Source of the DNA: an uncultured Pseudomonadota bacterium
GTDB lineage: Bacteria > Pseudomonadota > Alphaproteobacteria > Rhizobiales > Xanthobacteraceae
DNA: 64,000 nucleotides
Direction: 5' to 3'
Assembly: GCA_963729395.1 (NCBI GenBank)
Contig: CAVSOS010000013.1
Location: 2,663-66,662, forward strand
Under the pieces are notes generated by a model. It was not told where the DNA came from, did no database searches, and saw nothing but the letters and a program-made list of their open reading frames with translations. The translations under genes and the position numbers were made by a program. Position 1 is the stretch's first letter; each line of letters begins with the position of its first letter. Positions 38,471 through 50,340 of this stretch are shown here, one piece after another.

Positions 38471-40144
38471 TTAGTATTGATGTCGCGGGGTTGGCGCGAC
38501 GTCGATAATCCCGAGATCCACCAGGGTACGGTGGAAGCGGCGTTTCCGCTCCGAGGGCGACGCGAAATAGGCTTCGCCGCAATGCTTGAGAAGGCTCGCG
38601 CGCGTCGCGAAGATCTCGTCAAGCGGCAGACCAGCCTGCTGCAAGGCGACTGTTCCAAGAAAGGCAATATCCAGGTCCGGGCCGCGGCCGGGGACAAGTC
38701 GGTCGGAGCAGCCGTTCAGGGTTTCGATGGCATAGAAGGTGCGAAACTGGCGTCGTGCATCGACGGGAAGCTTGATTTTTGCCTCGATCCGCCGCGCCAT
38801 CACGGGTTGATGATCTCCGTAGTGGATGATCAGCATTGGACGTCCGGGAAAACGAGTCGAAAGCTCGGATTTGAGCCTGTTCCAGGTCGCCGCGGTTTCT
38901 GCGAGTCGGGCGTAGTATTCGGCATAGTAAGCATCGGGGAGGCTGGCGGCAGCAAAGGCTCGTTCGCTCTCAAACCGCTCCGGCGCGCCCAGCCTTCGGT
39001 TGTGAGGGCCGTGATTGAAGTTCGTTAGCGCATATAAAAACCGCGGCGCCGCATCGCCGGCAATCCTTTTCATATGAACTTCGAGTGCTGCTTCCAGAAA
39101 CAATGCATCGGAATATGTCGCTTCGAATTGATCGACATCGAACGGCGGATCAAAATCATCGATGAAAATGCGTTCGCCGATGCCGATTGCACGGTAAAAC
39201 TCATCGTAGTTGAGAAAGCTGCGACGGCAGCTGGACGCCAGCATTGCACCATACCCGAGTGCTGTCAGCGTCTCTGGAAGACTGTTGCGGAATCGGCCGA
39301 CGCCTCTCTTGAAAAGAAAATAGGCGTTTGAACCGAAGCTCGCGCTGGAGAGGCCGGTTAGCAGGCTGAATTCGGATTGCCACGACCCGCCGCCGAAGAT
39401 ATCGACGTTGAGGGTTCCATGGAGGCCGTTTTTCGGAGACAGGAATGCTTCGACGATTGGTTCAACCGGGAGCCCGAATAAGCGCGGATCGAAGATCAAT
39501 TCGTGCTGGATCACGATAATGTCGGGATAGTCGAGGGTGCGCGCTGGTATGGCCGGCATCAGCGGCAACGGATCCTCGGCGATATCGCTCAGGACGAGCC
39601 CGCCGAACTGCCGCCACGAAAGTGGGTCGAGAAGGGAGGCTATGAAGGTCGAAAAAAAACACCGCCGCTGAGCTGCAATGCGCCGGAACGAAGCCGGCCC
39701 GCCGCCTGTCCGATCTGCCGCAAATAAGCCAATAGAGGCAAGGGCGAATAGAATAACCTGGAGTTCCAGGGAAACCGGCGGCCCGGCCACGTAGAGCCAT
39801 GCTGCGACTGCGGCCAGGACGGCGACGATGGCTCCGGCGAAAAAGGCTGTGACGGCGAGCGGATATTGGACCATAAAAAACGGCACCGTTCCCGCAAACG
39901 CCAGCGGCAAATCTGTCACGGTTAGTTTCAGCCCGCTATGCCTGTACTTGACGTTTGACGCGCCGAAGATTGCCGCCACCAGGATCGACGATAGCAGGAT
40001 AGCTCTTTCAAGATCGGCAACGACGAACAGCAAGACCGCAGCAATCCAACACAGCGCGGCAACAGCCAATTTAAGGTGCTCAGCGCTGCGCTCCGCCAGG
40101 CAAATGACGGCGACGGCTGTCACAATGATCAAAGTCAGCGCCAT
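38471..40144 (-). CDS. Membrane-anchored sulfatase-like / LTA synthase family protein (start uncertain)
   Basis: N-terminal TM helices; GGGSWQSEF, NHGPH and YGDHQP motifs. Confidence 0.8.
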   Translation of the reverse strand: MALTLIIVTAVAVICLAERSAEHLKLAVAALCWIAAVLLFVVADLERAILLSSILVAAIFGASNVKYRHSGLKLTVTDLPLAFAGTVPFFMVQYPLAVTAFFAGAIVAVLAAVAAWLYVAGPPVSLELQVILFALASIGLFAADRTGGGPASFRRIAAQRRCFFSTFIASLLDPLSWRQFGGLVLSDIAEDPLPLMPAIPARTLDYPDIIVIQHELIFDPRLFGLPVEPIVEAFLSPKNGLHGTLNVDIFGGGSWQSEFSLLTGLSSASFGSNAYFLFKRGVGRFRNSLPETLTALGYGAMLASSCRRSFLNYDEFYRAIGIGERIFIDDFDPPFDVDQFEATYSDALFLEAALEVHMKRIAGDAAPRFLYALTNFNHGPHNRRLGAPERFESERAFAAASLPDAYYAEYYARLAETAATWNRLKSELSTRFPGRPMLIIHYGDHQPVMARRIEAKIKLPVDARRQFRTFYAIETLNGCSDRLVPGRGPDLDIAFLGTVALQQAGLPLDEIFATRASLLKHCGEAYFASPSERKRRFHRTLVDLGIIDVAPTPRHQY

Positions 40145-40316
40145 ATGGATAAGAGGCCGGCTAGCGAATAAATCATGCACTGCTATACCATCAGGAAAGA
40201 CCAGGACAGCTGGTGTTTCAATCCTCTTGATGACCGTCAAGACGCCGCCGGCGTCGCGCTTATCGGCGCGGGTCTGAAGTGATATCGGTCGGTCTTCTGC
40301 ACGGAGATATGAAATC

Positions 40317-41702
40317 ATGACCGACCTTGACGCCCCGGATCCGGCGGCGAAGCCCGACGACATGGTCGATCCTGCGTTCCTCGCCGCCAGCATGATCGAC
40401 GAACGTGCGCCCGACATCGTCGAAGCTCTCAACGACGTGGCTGCAGAACTCGCAGCCGGGGTTTTGCTTCATCTGCCGACCGATCTCGCCATTGAAGTGC
40501 TCGACCAGCCGGGGTTGGACCGCGAACCCGAACTCATCACACTGATGCCGCGGGATGCGGCCGCAAAGCTGCTTGCCGGCGTGTCGGCCGACCGGGTTGC
40601 CGACATATTCCACCAGGTGGAAGAGCCGCACAGTTCCGAGCTGCTCGATCTCCTGGACGCCGACGCCAGGGTCAATATCCGCCGGCTGTTGCAATATCCC
40701 AAGGGCACCGCCGGATCGATCATGACGACGGAGTTTGCCAGCGTGCCCTCGACCTATACGGTGCGGCAGACGCTCGACTATATCCGGCACGTGGAGAGCA
40801 GCCGGGAAACGGTCTATGCGATCTATGTGCTGGATCCCGTTAGCAAGAAGCTGGTCAAGACCATTTCCCTGCGCCGGCTCATCACCGCCGATCCGGAAGC
40901 GCCGGTGCTCTCGGTTGCCCGGCCGGGCCGAGTGATCACCGTGACCCCCCTCATGGACCGGGAAGATGTTGCGCGGCTGATCTCGAAATACGACTTGCTC
41001 GCGGTGCCGGTGGTGGACCACGACCGGGTCATCGGCATTGTCACCGTCGACGACGTCATCGACGCCATCGTGCAGGAAAATACCGAGGACGTGCAGAAAT
41101 TCGGCGGCATGGCGGCGATCGACGAGCCGTATATGGAGGTCGGCTTCTGGCAGATGATGAAAAAGCGCGGCGGCTGGCTGTGCGCGCTGTTCCTGTCCGA
41201 AATGCTGACGGCATCGGCGATGCAGGGCTACGAGGGCGAGCTTGAGAAGGCGATCGTGCTGACGCTGTTCATACCGCTGATCATGAGTTCGGGAGGCAAT
41301 TCCGGATCTCAAGCCACATCGCTTCTGATCCGCGCATTGGCCTTGCGCGAGCTTGAAACCAGGGACTGGTGGCGCGTGGCGCTTCGGGAAATCCCCAATG
41401 GACTGGCGCTGGGGGCGATGCTGGGCCTGGTCGGCATCGTCCGCATTTCGCTGTGGCAGTATCTGGGCCTCTACGACTACGGCGAGCACTGGATGCTGGT
41501 CGCGCTGACCGTAGGCTTGGCCCTCATCGGCATCGTCATGTTCGGTTCGCTGACCGGATCGATGCTCCCGTTCATCCTGCAACGGATCGGCTTCGATCCG
41601 GCCAGCGCGTCGGCGCCGTTCGTCGCGACCCTGGTCGACGTCACGGGATTGGTGATCTATTTCTCGGTCGCTTCCCTGATCCTCCGGGGCACGTTGCTGT
41701 AG
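40317..41702 (+). CDS. mgtE: Magnesium transporter MgtE
   Basis: TAGSIMT CBS pair, GGNSGSQ, DPASASAPFVATLVDVTG. Confidence 0.95.
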   Translation: MTDLDAPDPAAKPDDMVDPAFLAASMIDERAPDIVEALNDVAAELAAGVLLHLPTDLAIEVLDQPGLDREPELITLMPRDAAAKLLAGVSADRVADIFHQVEEPHSSELLDLLDADARVNIRRLLQYPKGTAGSIMTTEFASVPSTYTVRQTLDYIRHVESSRETVYAIYVLDPVSKKLVKTISLRRLITADPEAPVLSVARPGRVITVTPLMDREDVARLISKYDLLAVPVVDHDRVIGIVTVDDVIDAIVQENTEDVQKFGGMAAIDEPYMEVGFWQMMKKRGGWLCALFLSEMLTASAMQGYEGELEKAIVLTLFIPLIMSSGGNSGSQATSLLIRALALRELETRDWWRVALREIPNGLALGAMLGLVGIVRISLWQYLGLYDYGEHWMLVALTVGLALIGIVMFGSLTGSMLPFILQRIGFDPASASAPFVATLVDVTGLVIYFSVASLILRGTLL

Positions 41703-41890
41703 ACCGGCAAGCTGCCCGGCCGGGAGGGCAAGGCCCGTTGGCGCATCAGGCGGTCAACTGATGGCTTGGTTTCCAGGGCGACCGCGCGGCCCGCTGCCTG
41801 GGATTTTACCGATTCTTCACCAGTTCCCAGATTGCCGGAAGCAAATTTACTCTTTTCAGATTTCAGCCGTATTAAATCAAGCCTGAACCA

Positions 41891-42196
41891 ATGAGAGGCG
41901 TTATGCCGAACGGCAGCGCTACAGCTATGATGCTCGACCACATTCATTGCCGTGCGATTTGCGACGAGATAGGCGAGCGGCTGCGTGAAGTCCTTGGCCG
42001 GGAAGCGTCGGAAATCCCGCCACGCCTGCTTATGCTGGTTGATGAACTCGCCCGATTGGACCATGGGCCTTCAATCGTGCCATCAATCGACGAGATGTCG
42101 TTTCCGCTGTGCCCCGAACCCTTCAATTCAGTCAAGCGGTCAGCCGACGAGGCACCGCCTGCCACCAATCGCGGATTAACTTCTGTCGGGCCGTGA
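41891..42196 (+). CDS. Small hypothetical protein
   Basis: HCRAICDEIGERLR...PPRL motif typical of small Bradyrhizobium proteins. Confidence 0.6.
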   Translation: MRGVMPNGSATAMMLDHIHCRAICDEIGERLREVLGREASEIPPRLLMLVDELARLDHGPSIVPSIDEMSFPLCPEPFNSVKRSADEAPPATNRGLTSVGP

Positions 42197-42758
42197 GTTG
42201 AACTGAAAGATCAGCGAACGGTCGCGCCTTCGCGGGAACAGCAACCTCGATCTTGCCGACTGCCATTGCGGCCTCCTGCGCATCTTCCTCGCCGCTGAAT
42301 CGATGAATTTCGAAGCTGCGATAGTTGGGCATCATGTTTTGAAAGCCGAGATGCGCCAGCCGGCCAAGTTGCAATAGCTCGTTTAATGATAGATCGACGC
42401 GAAGCTTTCCCTCCGCCGGAGCTTTCCTTCTTACGCCGGCAGCATGGCCCTTAATCCAGCATGCCTCGCCAATCGCGTCGCCAAATATCCAAAGCTGCGC
42501 GTGATAAGGATCGGTCGAACCCTTGCTTGTTTTCCGACGTTTTTTCGAGACGGCTTTGATCCCCTCGGCTGCCTTTGCCACGCGCTCGGGAATAGCCTGA
42601 CCTTCAAGTTCGTAGTGCGAACTCAAACCCCTCACGATCTCGCGTGTGGCTTCTTCCATGCCTCGAAGTCGCCCCTTCTCGAAATATGAGTTTGCACAGG
42701 ACCAGCTGGCGACGACGAACGCCATCAGCAGGCCCACCAATATGAGGAGAATATCCAC
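42132..42758 (-). CDS. Hypothetical membrane-anchored protein
   Basis: GAGG RBS + GTG, N-terminal TM segment, 208 aa. Confidence 0.7.
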   Translation of the reverse strand: MDILLILVGLLMAFVVASWSCANSYFEKGRLRGMEEATREIVRGLSSHYELEGQAIPERVAKAAEGIKAVSKKRRKTSKGSTDPYHAQLWIFGDAIGEACWIKGHAAGVRRKAPAEGKLRVDLSLNELLQLGRLAHLGFQNMMPNYRSFEIHRFSGEEDAQEAAMAVGKIEVAVPAKARPFADLSVQLTARQKLIRDWWQAVPRRLTA

Positions 42759-43005
42759 AGCCCCACCTCACGTTAGTCCGAAGTATGTTCGAACACGTTG
42801 CCCCAAATAAATTTAGGTGAATTTCGTTAATGCAGTCGTAAGCGGCACTGCTGCGGGCGGCGCCGGCGAAGCCAACCGTTGCGGCAAGTGCGTAAGACGA
42901 AATATCATCACTGCCGAAGCCAAGAGGGATATGACTGTCGATAGTTGTTTATTAACCAAGTTCATTCAACTTGCGAAAGCTGCTTTCTGGTGCAGTGCCC
43001 ATCAG

Positions 43006-43042
43006 AGCCGCCGTTGGTCTCGGACGCCAACGGCGGCTTTTC
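43006..43042 (+). terminator. Orphan intrinsic terminator-like hairpin
   Basis: AGCCGCCGTTGG-N9-CCAACGGCGGCT followed by a T run. Confidence 0.6.
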
Positions 43043-43501
43043 TATTAGCCGGCCCAATAGGCGGACCCATCGGTAGGCGATGTCGCCTGTCGGCACATAG
43101 CGTCAGTTACTGCGGCGCGGCGACATATCCGGAGTTGGGTGTAATCGGGAAGTGACCGGCTCCCAAGGTGACGCGATCGGCCCGCAGGCGACGAGGTTGC
43201 GTTCGATGTACTGCCCCCGAGCGATCAAGGCGTCTCGAGTGCCATCCACGTCCTTGTGGATGGTAACGAGGCGGCGGTCCGTGATCCACGTCACAGCGGC
43301 CCGAGCCTCTATGACCATGGCGGGCACCGGATGCCGATCGCGCGGACCGCAGGCTTCGCCCTCATCGGCATCGTCATGTTCGGCTCGTCGGCCGACGCGA
43401 TTGACCCACTCCTCACATCAGTCCTGTCGCATGCTGGAGCGACGAAGAAGGACGGTTTAGTCTGCCCGCGAACCGTGTTCTGCAACCGGCGACAATTTCT
43501 C

Positions 43502-44767
43502 ATGCGCATCCTGCTCACCGAAGGCTCCGGGCTCACGTCGCGGCAGGTCGCGGGCCGGCTCGGCGCGCTCGGCCATCAGGTCGAGATTCTGTCCTCGACT
43601 GCCCTCTGCCTGACGCGTTTCACGCGGCATGTGCGCGCTGTGCACGCGGTTCCGCGTTTCGGGCTCGATCCATTCGGCTGGCTCGACGCCGCCGAACGCA
43701 TCGTCGCGGAAAGGCGAATCGATCTGCTGTTTCCGACCCAGGAGCAGGTCACAGTTCTGTCGGCGCTGGAGTCGCGCCTGACGCTCCGCACGGTCGTTCC
43801 GCCCTTCGCCGCCCTCATGCGAGTGCAGGACAAGGTTTCCGCGTTTCGCGCGCTGTCGGAAATCGGCGCGCCGCAGCCCGAAACGCTGGTGATCGCTTCA
43901 GCCGACGATCTCTCGCGCGTGAAGAATTTTCCGGCCTTCGTGAAGCGGCCGGTGAGCACGGCGAGTTCCGGCGTGCGGCGGGTGAAAACGCCGGAGGAAC
44001 TGGCCGACGCCGCGCACGCCTTCGGGCTCGGCGCGGGCGAATTGATCGTGCAGACACAAGCCAGCGGGCAGCTCGCCATGGTTCAGGCGGTAGCGCAACG
44101 CGGGCGGCTCGTCGCGCAGCACGCCTGCCTGCGTTTGCGCGAGGGCGTGGGCGGCGGCGCCGCGCTGAAAGAAAGCGTCACGCTGCCGGAAATCCCGGTG
44201 CTGCTCGCCAAACTCGTCGCGGCGCTCGACTGGCATGGCGGGCTGTCGATGGACGTGATCGTGAGCGATGACGGGCCGAAGATCATCGACGTCAATCCGC
44301 GCCTCGTCGAGCCGGCAAATGCGCTCGCCGCGGGCGTCGATCTTGTTGGCGCCATGCTTAACGTCGCCGGTGCCAGGTATGCGCCCGAGCAGCCGGCGGG
44401 ACGGCCCGGCGTGCGCACGCATCAGGCGCTCATTGCCATTCTCGGCGCGGCGGAACAAAGCGGAAAACGGCGCGCGGTGCTGTGCGAAACGCTGAACGCG
44501 ATCTTTTCACGCGGCGCCTATGTCGGGTCGGCCGAGGAACTGACGCCGCTCAGCGGCGATCCCGTCGCCGCAGTCCCGCTTGCGCTCGCGCTCGCGGCGA
44601 CGCTCACCTATCCGCCGCTCTGGCGAAAGTTCCATACCGGTGCCGTCGGGCCTTACGCGGTGACACCGGAGGCTTGGCAAAGAATTGTGGAGGCGGGCAA
44701 ATCCCAGGAAGCCTTGTTCGCCGCCAGCCACGCAAATGGCTCGTCCACCGGTGGAGCAAGAAGCTAG
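43502..44767 (+). CDS. ATP-grasp domain protein
   Basis: MRILLTEG, LLFPTQE, DKVS, FVKRP..ASSGV, IDVNPR. Confidence 0.8.
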   Translation: MRILLTEGSGLTSRQVAGRLGALGHQVEILSSTALCLTRFTRHVRAVHAVPRFGLDPFGWLDAAERIVAERRIDLLFPTQEQVTVLSALESRLTLRTVVPPFAALMRVQDKVSAFRALSEIGAPQPETLVIASADDLSRVKNFPAFVKRPVSTASSGVRRVKTPEELADAAHAFGLGAGELIVQTQASGQLAMVQAVAQRGRLVAQHACLRLREGVGGGAALKESVTLPEIPVLLAKLVAALDWHGGLSMDVIVSDDGPKIIDVNPRLVEPANALAAGVDLVGAMLNVAGARYAPEQPAGRPGVRTHQALIAILGAAEQSGKRRAVLCETLNAIFSRGAYVGSAEELTPLSGDPVAAVPLALALAATLTYPPLWRKFHTGAVGPYAVTPEAWQRIVEAGKSQEALFAASHANGSSTGGARS

Positions 44768-45976
44768 CGACGTGGTGTCAGGTGCTGAAACGACCGAAAA
44801 TCATATTCGGGAAGCTGCAAGGTGTCGCTGATCTCGCGGCCGATGGCAAGCGTTGCAAGCCCGGGAATCGCAAATGCCCTTATCACTTGATTGCGGAAAC
44901 TGAGGCCCCATCGGGTCTTCGGTGCAAAGGCGCCGGCGAAGCGTTCGGCGCCTCGCTGTTTTATCTCGATGAAGGGGCGCAAGCGCGCTTCGCAATTGTC
45001 GAAGGCTTGTGGATATTGCCCGCCCGCCTGGGCGAGCTCACCCGCCAGCACGTAGGCCGAGACCATCGCCAATGCAGAACCTTGTCCGGCCAGGAGGGAG
45101 ACGCAGAAGGCAGCATCTCCGATGAGGGCGATGCGCCCCTTTGACCAGCTTCTCATCTTGATCTGACTAACGCGGTCGAAATAAAGTTCGGTTGCGCGAT
45201 GCAGTTGCGCCATGACCGACGGGCATTCCCACCTGCCGGCGGCATATTTTCTGTGCAACATGGCCTTCTGCTCATCGAGCGTCGAAGGCAACGGATCGCC
45301 GTCGGCTGCGAAAACGAACAAGAACAGCGTTTGGTCATCGCGCAGCGTAAAGCGCCCAACCATCCTTCCCGGTTGTCCGTACATCAGATACACATCTTCG
45401 TCGCGCGGCCGATAACCATGGGCCTCGAATGCGGCGACGATGTAGCCGAGGTCTTTCTCGAAGCTGCTGCGGCGCGCCAAAAGTAAGTTTGCGAACGCTC
45501 GAGTGCAGGCCATCGGCGCCGATCACGAGGTCGAACTGACGTTCGCCCGAATGCTTTAGTTGAACCCCCACGCAGTCGGGATGCTCCTTAAGGCCGACAA
45601 TCTCGTCGTCGAAAATGACTTCCGCGGTGTCTTTGATTTTTTCGAACAGCAAACGCGAAAGCTCGCTTCGGGGGAGCGTCACGTATCGCCCGCCGGTCAA
45701 CTCCGTGAAGAGCTTGGTTCCAAAGCCCGCTGCGCGCCGGCCGCGATCGTTCACGATCCGCAGTTCCCGCACTTTGTAGCCAATGCGATTGATCTTGGCG
45801 ATCAGCCCCATCCGCTCGGCAATGTCGTAGCCAAGACCCCAGAAGTCGATCACATAACCTCCGCTGCGCAGCGCAGGCGCGCGCTCAATTAGCGTCGGCT
45901 CGAAGCCGGCTGCTTTCAGCCAGAAGACAAGCGTTGGTCCGGCGATGCCGGCCCCCGAGATTAAGACTGTTTTCAT
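44764..45976 (-). CDS. FAD-dependent monooxygenase/oxidoreductase, frameshift near 45470
   Basis: GAGIAG and IGADGLHSSVR in ORF 45335..45976; LIGDAA...GQG in ORF 44764..45513. Confidence 0.85.
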
Positions 45977-46015
45977 CGCAGAAGACCAATTCGACCTGGA
46001 ACCGGTTCAGGTTTT

Positions 46016-46619
46016 TAAAGTCCCCGATAGGGGATCAGTAAATCCCACGCCTTTAGGCGGCTTGGGACAGCGGCATTTTGCAGCGTAGACTGGGAGGATG
46101 GAAGGGTACAAGCGCGGTAGCCACACGGTCTGGGACTGCAAGTATCACGTGGTCTGGGCGACGAAATATCGTTTTGCGGTTCTCGGCGGTGACGTCGGGG
46201 ATCGATGTCGGGAATTGCTTCGTGAGACGGCACGTGCTCACGAGATGATCATTCATGCCGGAGCGATAAATCGAGACCACGTGCATATGCTTCTGTCGAT
46301 TCCTCCGAGTTTGTCTGTGTCACGTGCTGTGCAGTATCTGAAGGGGCGGAGCTCCCATAAATTGCTGAGCGAGTACGGCGTGTTGCGCAAGCGTTATTGG
46401 GGCCAGCACTTATGGGGCAGAGGATATTGGGTCGCCAGCAGCGGAAACGTTACCGATGAGGTATGGGCCGAATATATCAAGAACCAGACAGCGCCAGAAC
46501 CGGACGATGATTTCAAGGTAACTTGATGCGCATCCATCATCAGAGTCCGCCAACGGGCGGACCAATCCGGCTTTAAGCCGTAATCTGAAGCCACCGGCTT
46601 TAGCCGGTGGAGTGTTCAC
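46016..46619 (+). mobile_element. IS200/IS605-family element (tnpA only); ends approximate
   Basis: Subterminal hairpins, including CCACCGGCTTTAGCCGGTGG followed by TTCAC. Confidence 0.8.
46098..46526 (+). CDS. tnpA: IS200/IS605 Y1 HUH transposase
   Basis: YHVVWATKYR, DHVHML, LWGRGY and YIKNQ motifs; GGAGG RBS. Confidence 0.95.
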   Translation: MEGYKRGSHTVWDCKYHVVWATKYRFAVLGGDVGDRCRELLRETARAHEMIIHAGAINRDHVHMLLSIPPSLSVSRAVQYLKGRSSHKLLSEYGVLRKRYWGQHLWGRGYWVASSGNVTDEVWAEYIKNQTAPEPDDDFKVT

Positions 46620-46987
46620 GCCCGGCCTGCAATATAATCAAACTGCCGAGTTGCCTGCAGGCTTTGCTCGGCGCAACTGCAATGCTTCCTTTGCCCGATC
46701 GCCTGATTGCTGCACGCTTGAGACATTCCGACGAACCATGAAAAGGTCGGCCTGTCGGGAGACCGGAAATGGGCAGACGACCGTCAAAAGGATGCGATTG
46801 TCCCGAGCGGGACAACGGATGATTGACAAAGTCCAGCAGACCTCAGTTCCAATCAGCACGAGATCACAAACGCGTCAAACACGACCAAAAGCCCGTTGGT
46901 TGCGCGAGGCTTGATCTCATTCCTCGGTGGACGGCCACGCCGCATCGGTTTACATCCCGAAGGCGCCGGGGGCGGCCAACGCAAGGA

Positions 46988-47921
46988 ATGGAGATGGAGC
47001 CGCGCTACCGGAAAAACCTGAATGTTCTTGTGCCTTGCTTCGTCGTGCTCGGCATCATGTTCGGGCTAGTGGCCTATTCGCCAGAACTGTACCGCGCATT
47101 CTGCGGCGCAACCGGATACGGAGGAACGACGCAGCGGGCGTATTCCGACCCGACTGCCACCTCCGATAAGACGGTGACGGTTGCGTTCGACAGCAACGTC
47201 GCGCCGGACTTGCCGTGGCGGTTCGAACCGGAACAGCGCTCCGTGACTGTTCGCCTCGGCGAACAAAAGCTCGTATTCTTCACAGCCGAGAATCTCAGCA
47301 ACGAGTTGATCGTCGGGCACGCGACCTTCAACGTCACGCCGGAGACGAGCGGTATCTATTTCAACAAAATTCAATGCTTCTGCTTCAACGAAGAACGCCT
47401 CGACCCGCATCAGAAGATCGACATGCCCGTTGTCTTTTTCGTCGATCCGGCGTTTGCCAAGGATTTCGGATAACATCCACGTCGATACGATCACGCTCAG
47501 CTATACGTTCCTGCGCTCGGTGAATCCGTCCCAAGGAAAGAATCTTTCGCGCTTCCTGGCCAATGCTGCGCCGGATACCGTCCATGGCCAGCAACTCTTC
47601 ACCGAACGGTGCACCGCATGTCACTCGATGGACAGCAACAAGACCGGCCCCATGCTTGGCGGAGTGGTCGGCCGCCGGGCCGGCTCGGCCCCCGGATACC
47701 ATTATTCGACAGCACTAATGACCGCAGGTCTCACCTGGTCCGCGCATAATCTCGACCAGTGGCTGGCCGACCCCCAAAAATTCTTGCCCGGCGCACGCAT
47801 GCCGGTGCGCGTGCTCGACACTCCGTCTCGCCGCGACATCGTCGCTTACCTCCAGAAGGTAGGCCAGGAGCGCAACAACCGGACCGGTTCGAACGCACCC
47901 GTATCAGACGGGGAATACTAG
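46988..47921 (+). CDS. CtaG/Cox11 copper chaperone fused to class I cytochrome c; frameshift near 47465
   Basis: LYRAFC..TGYGGT and KIQCFCF; the Cox11 tail ITLSYTF is in frame with CTACH...GP.L.GVVGR..PGARM. Confidence 0.8.
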
Positions 47922-48048
47922 AGCCTTTTCCGTTCCGATTGAATCGGAACGGAGGCTCTATCTCCTTATTTTGACGTGTTTTCTTCACGCGAACCGGTAT
48001 CCACCCCGGATCGAGTCCGGGGCAGGCATTCGCTGGAAAACGCTCCAG
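47918..48048. repeat. CTAGAGC-ended palindromic MITE-like repeat (composite); shorter copy at 54572..54638
   Basis: Shared TTTGACG.GTTTTCTT.ACGCGAACCGGT.TCCAC..TTCGCTGGAAAACGCTC block; internal hairpins. Confidence 0.75.
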
Positions 48049-48136
48049 GTTCGCACTTGGGCAAACGCGGAATGCGCACCAAGGCCGACATCCGCCGACC
48101 ACTCTGATGATGAGTTCATGACCTGGTTCAGGAGAA

Positions 48137-48808
48137 CTACCGCGCGTCGCGCGCGACCAGTCTGGCGGGCGCCTTCTTGTCCGCCTCGCGAGCTGTCAGC
48201 GCCATCACCGAGACCGCGACGATGCGGTCGAGGATGCCTGCGACGTCGTTGAGATCGCACGATCCCTCCGACAGTTTGATCAGTCGCTCGCTGTCGCGGA
48301 TGGTCTGGTGCGCCATCGCCAGCGCAAAATGCAATGCCCAATAGAGTTCGACCTCGTCGCGGCCGGGCAGCGAGCGCCGCATCGCGGCGGCGAATTTCCG
48401 CAAATGATCGATTTCGCGATTCTTGATCCGGCGGATCGGCGGCACCAATTCGATCGAGGCCCGGATCATGAAGCGCGCCGCCGTCGAGCGCTCATTGTCG
48501 GGGCCGAGGCAGCCGCGCAGGGTCGGCCCGACCAGCGCGCGGAAGATGGCGTCGATCGCGGCGCGTCCGCCGCCGGCCGCTTCGGCGGCCTTCAATTCGT
48601 TGAGCCGCTGGCGGTTGGTGGCAAGACTGCGGGTGACGAACAATTCGGCGATCAGTTCGTCCTTGGAGCCGAAATGATAGTTCACCGCCGCAAGGTTGAC
48701 GTCGGCGGCGGCGACGATATCGCGCAGCGTGACGTCGGCGAAGCCGCGATCGGCGTAAAGCCGTTCGGCGGAGGTGAGGATTGCGGCTCTGGTATGGTCC
48801 GTCGGCAT
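48137..48808 (-). CDS. TetR/AcrR family regulator
   Basis: TLRDIVAAADVNLAAVNYHFGSKDEL. Confidence 0.92.
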   Translation of the reverse strand: MPTDHTRAAILTSAERLYADRGFADVTLRDIVAAADVNLAAVNYHFGSKDELIAELFVTRSLATNRQRLNELKAAEAAGGGRAAIDAIFRALVGPTLRGCLGPDNERSTAARFMIRASIELVPPIRRIKNREIDHLRKFAAAMRRSLPGRDEVELYWALHFALAMAHQTIRDSERLIKLSEGSCDLNDVAGILDRIVAVSVMALTAREADKKAPARLVARDAR

Positions 48809-49052
48809 GTCATGGCCACTATGCACCACCGCAAAATGCGGAGAGTTGCAATTCAAACAGTTGTATGAAACTATAGTTTGAAGGCTGGAATGTCAATGCA
48901 CTTGACGCGTTGCCGCGCCAGCAAATGCCACGCCGGCCGTCATCGCCGCGCCGAAAGGCGCGATAAATAGTTTTATATGGTCTTGCGGTGAACAGGCTGC
49001 GGGGAGACAGTGCCGCCAACAATTTCCGCCTGAAAAATGTGAGGAACGCCCA

Positions 49053-50291
<1,239 letters not shown>

Positions 50292-50340
50292 GGGGAGCCC
50301 CACAAATGGCGCTCCCGCAAAAAAATGAGGGAGCGTCATC

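Noticed and set aside
37451-39028. 525-aa GDPD with a long novel C-terminal extension
   Set aside because: The extension comes from a frameshift reading antisense into the sulfatase gene.
46098-46619. TnpB/omegaRNA system or REP-associated RAYT
   Set aside because: No tnpB follows tnpA, and the ends are IS200/605-type hairpins rather than flanking REP arrays.
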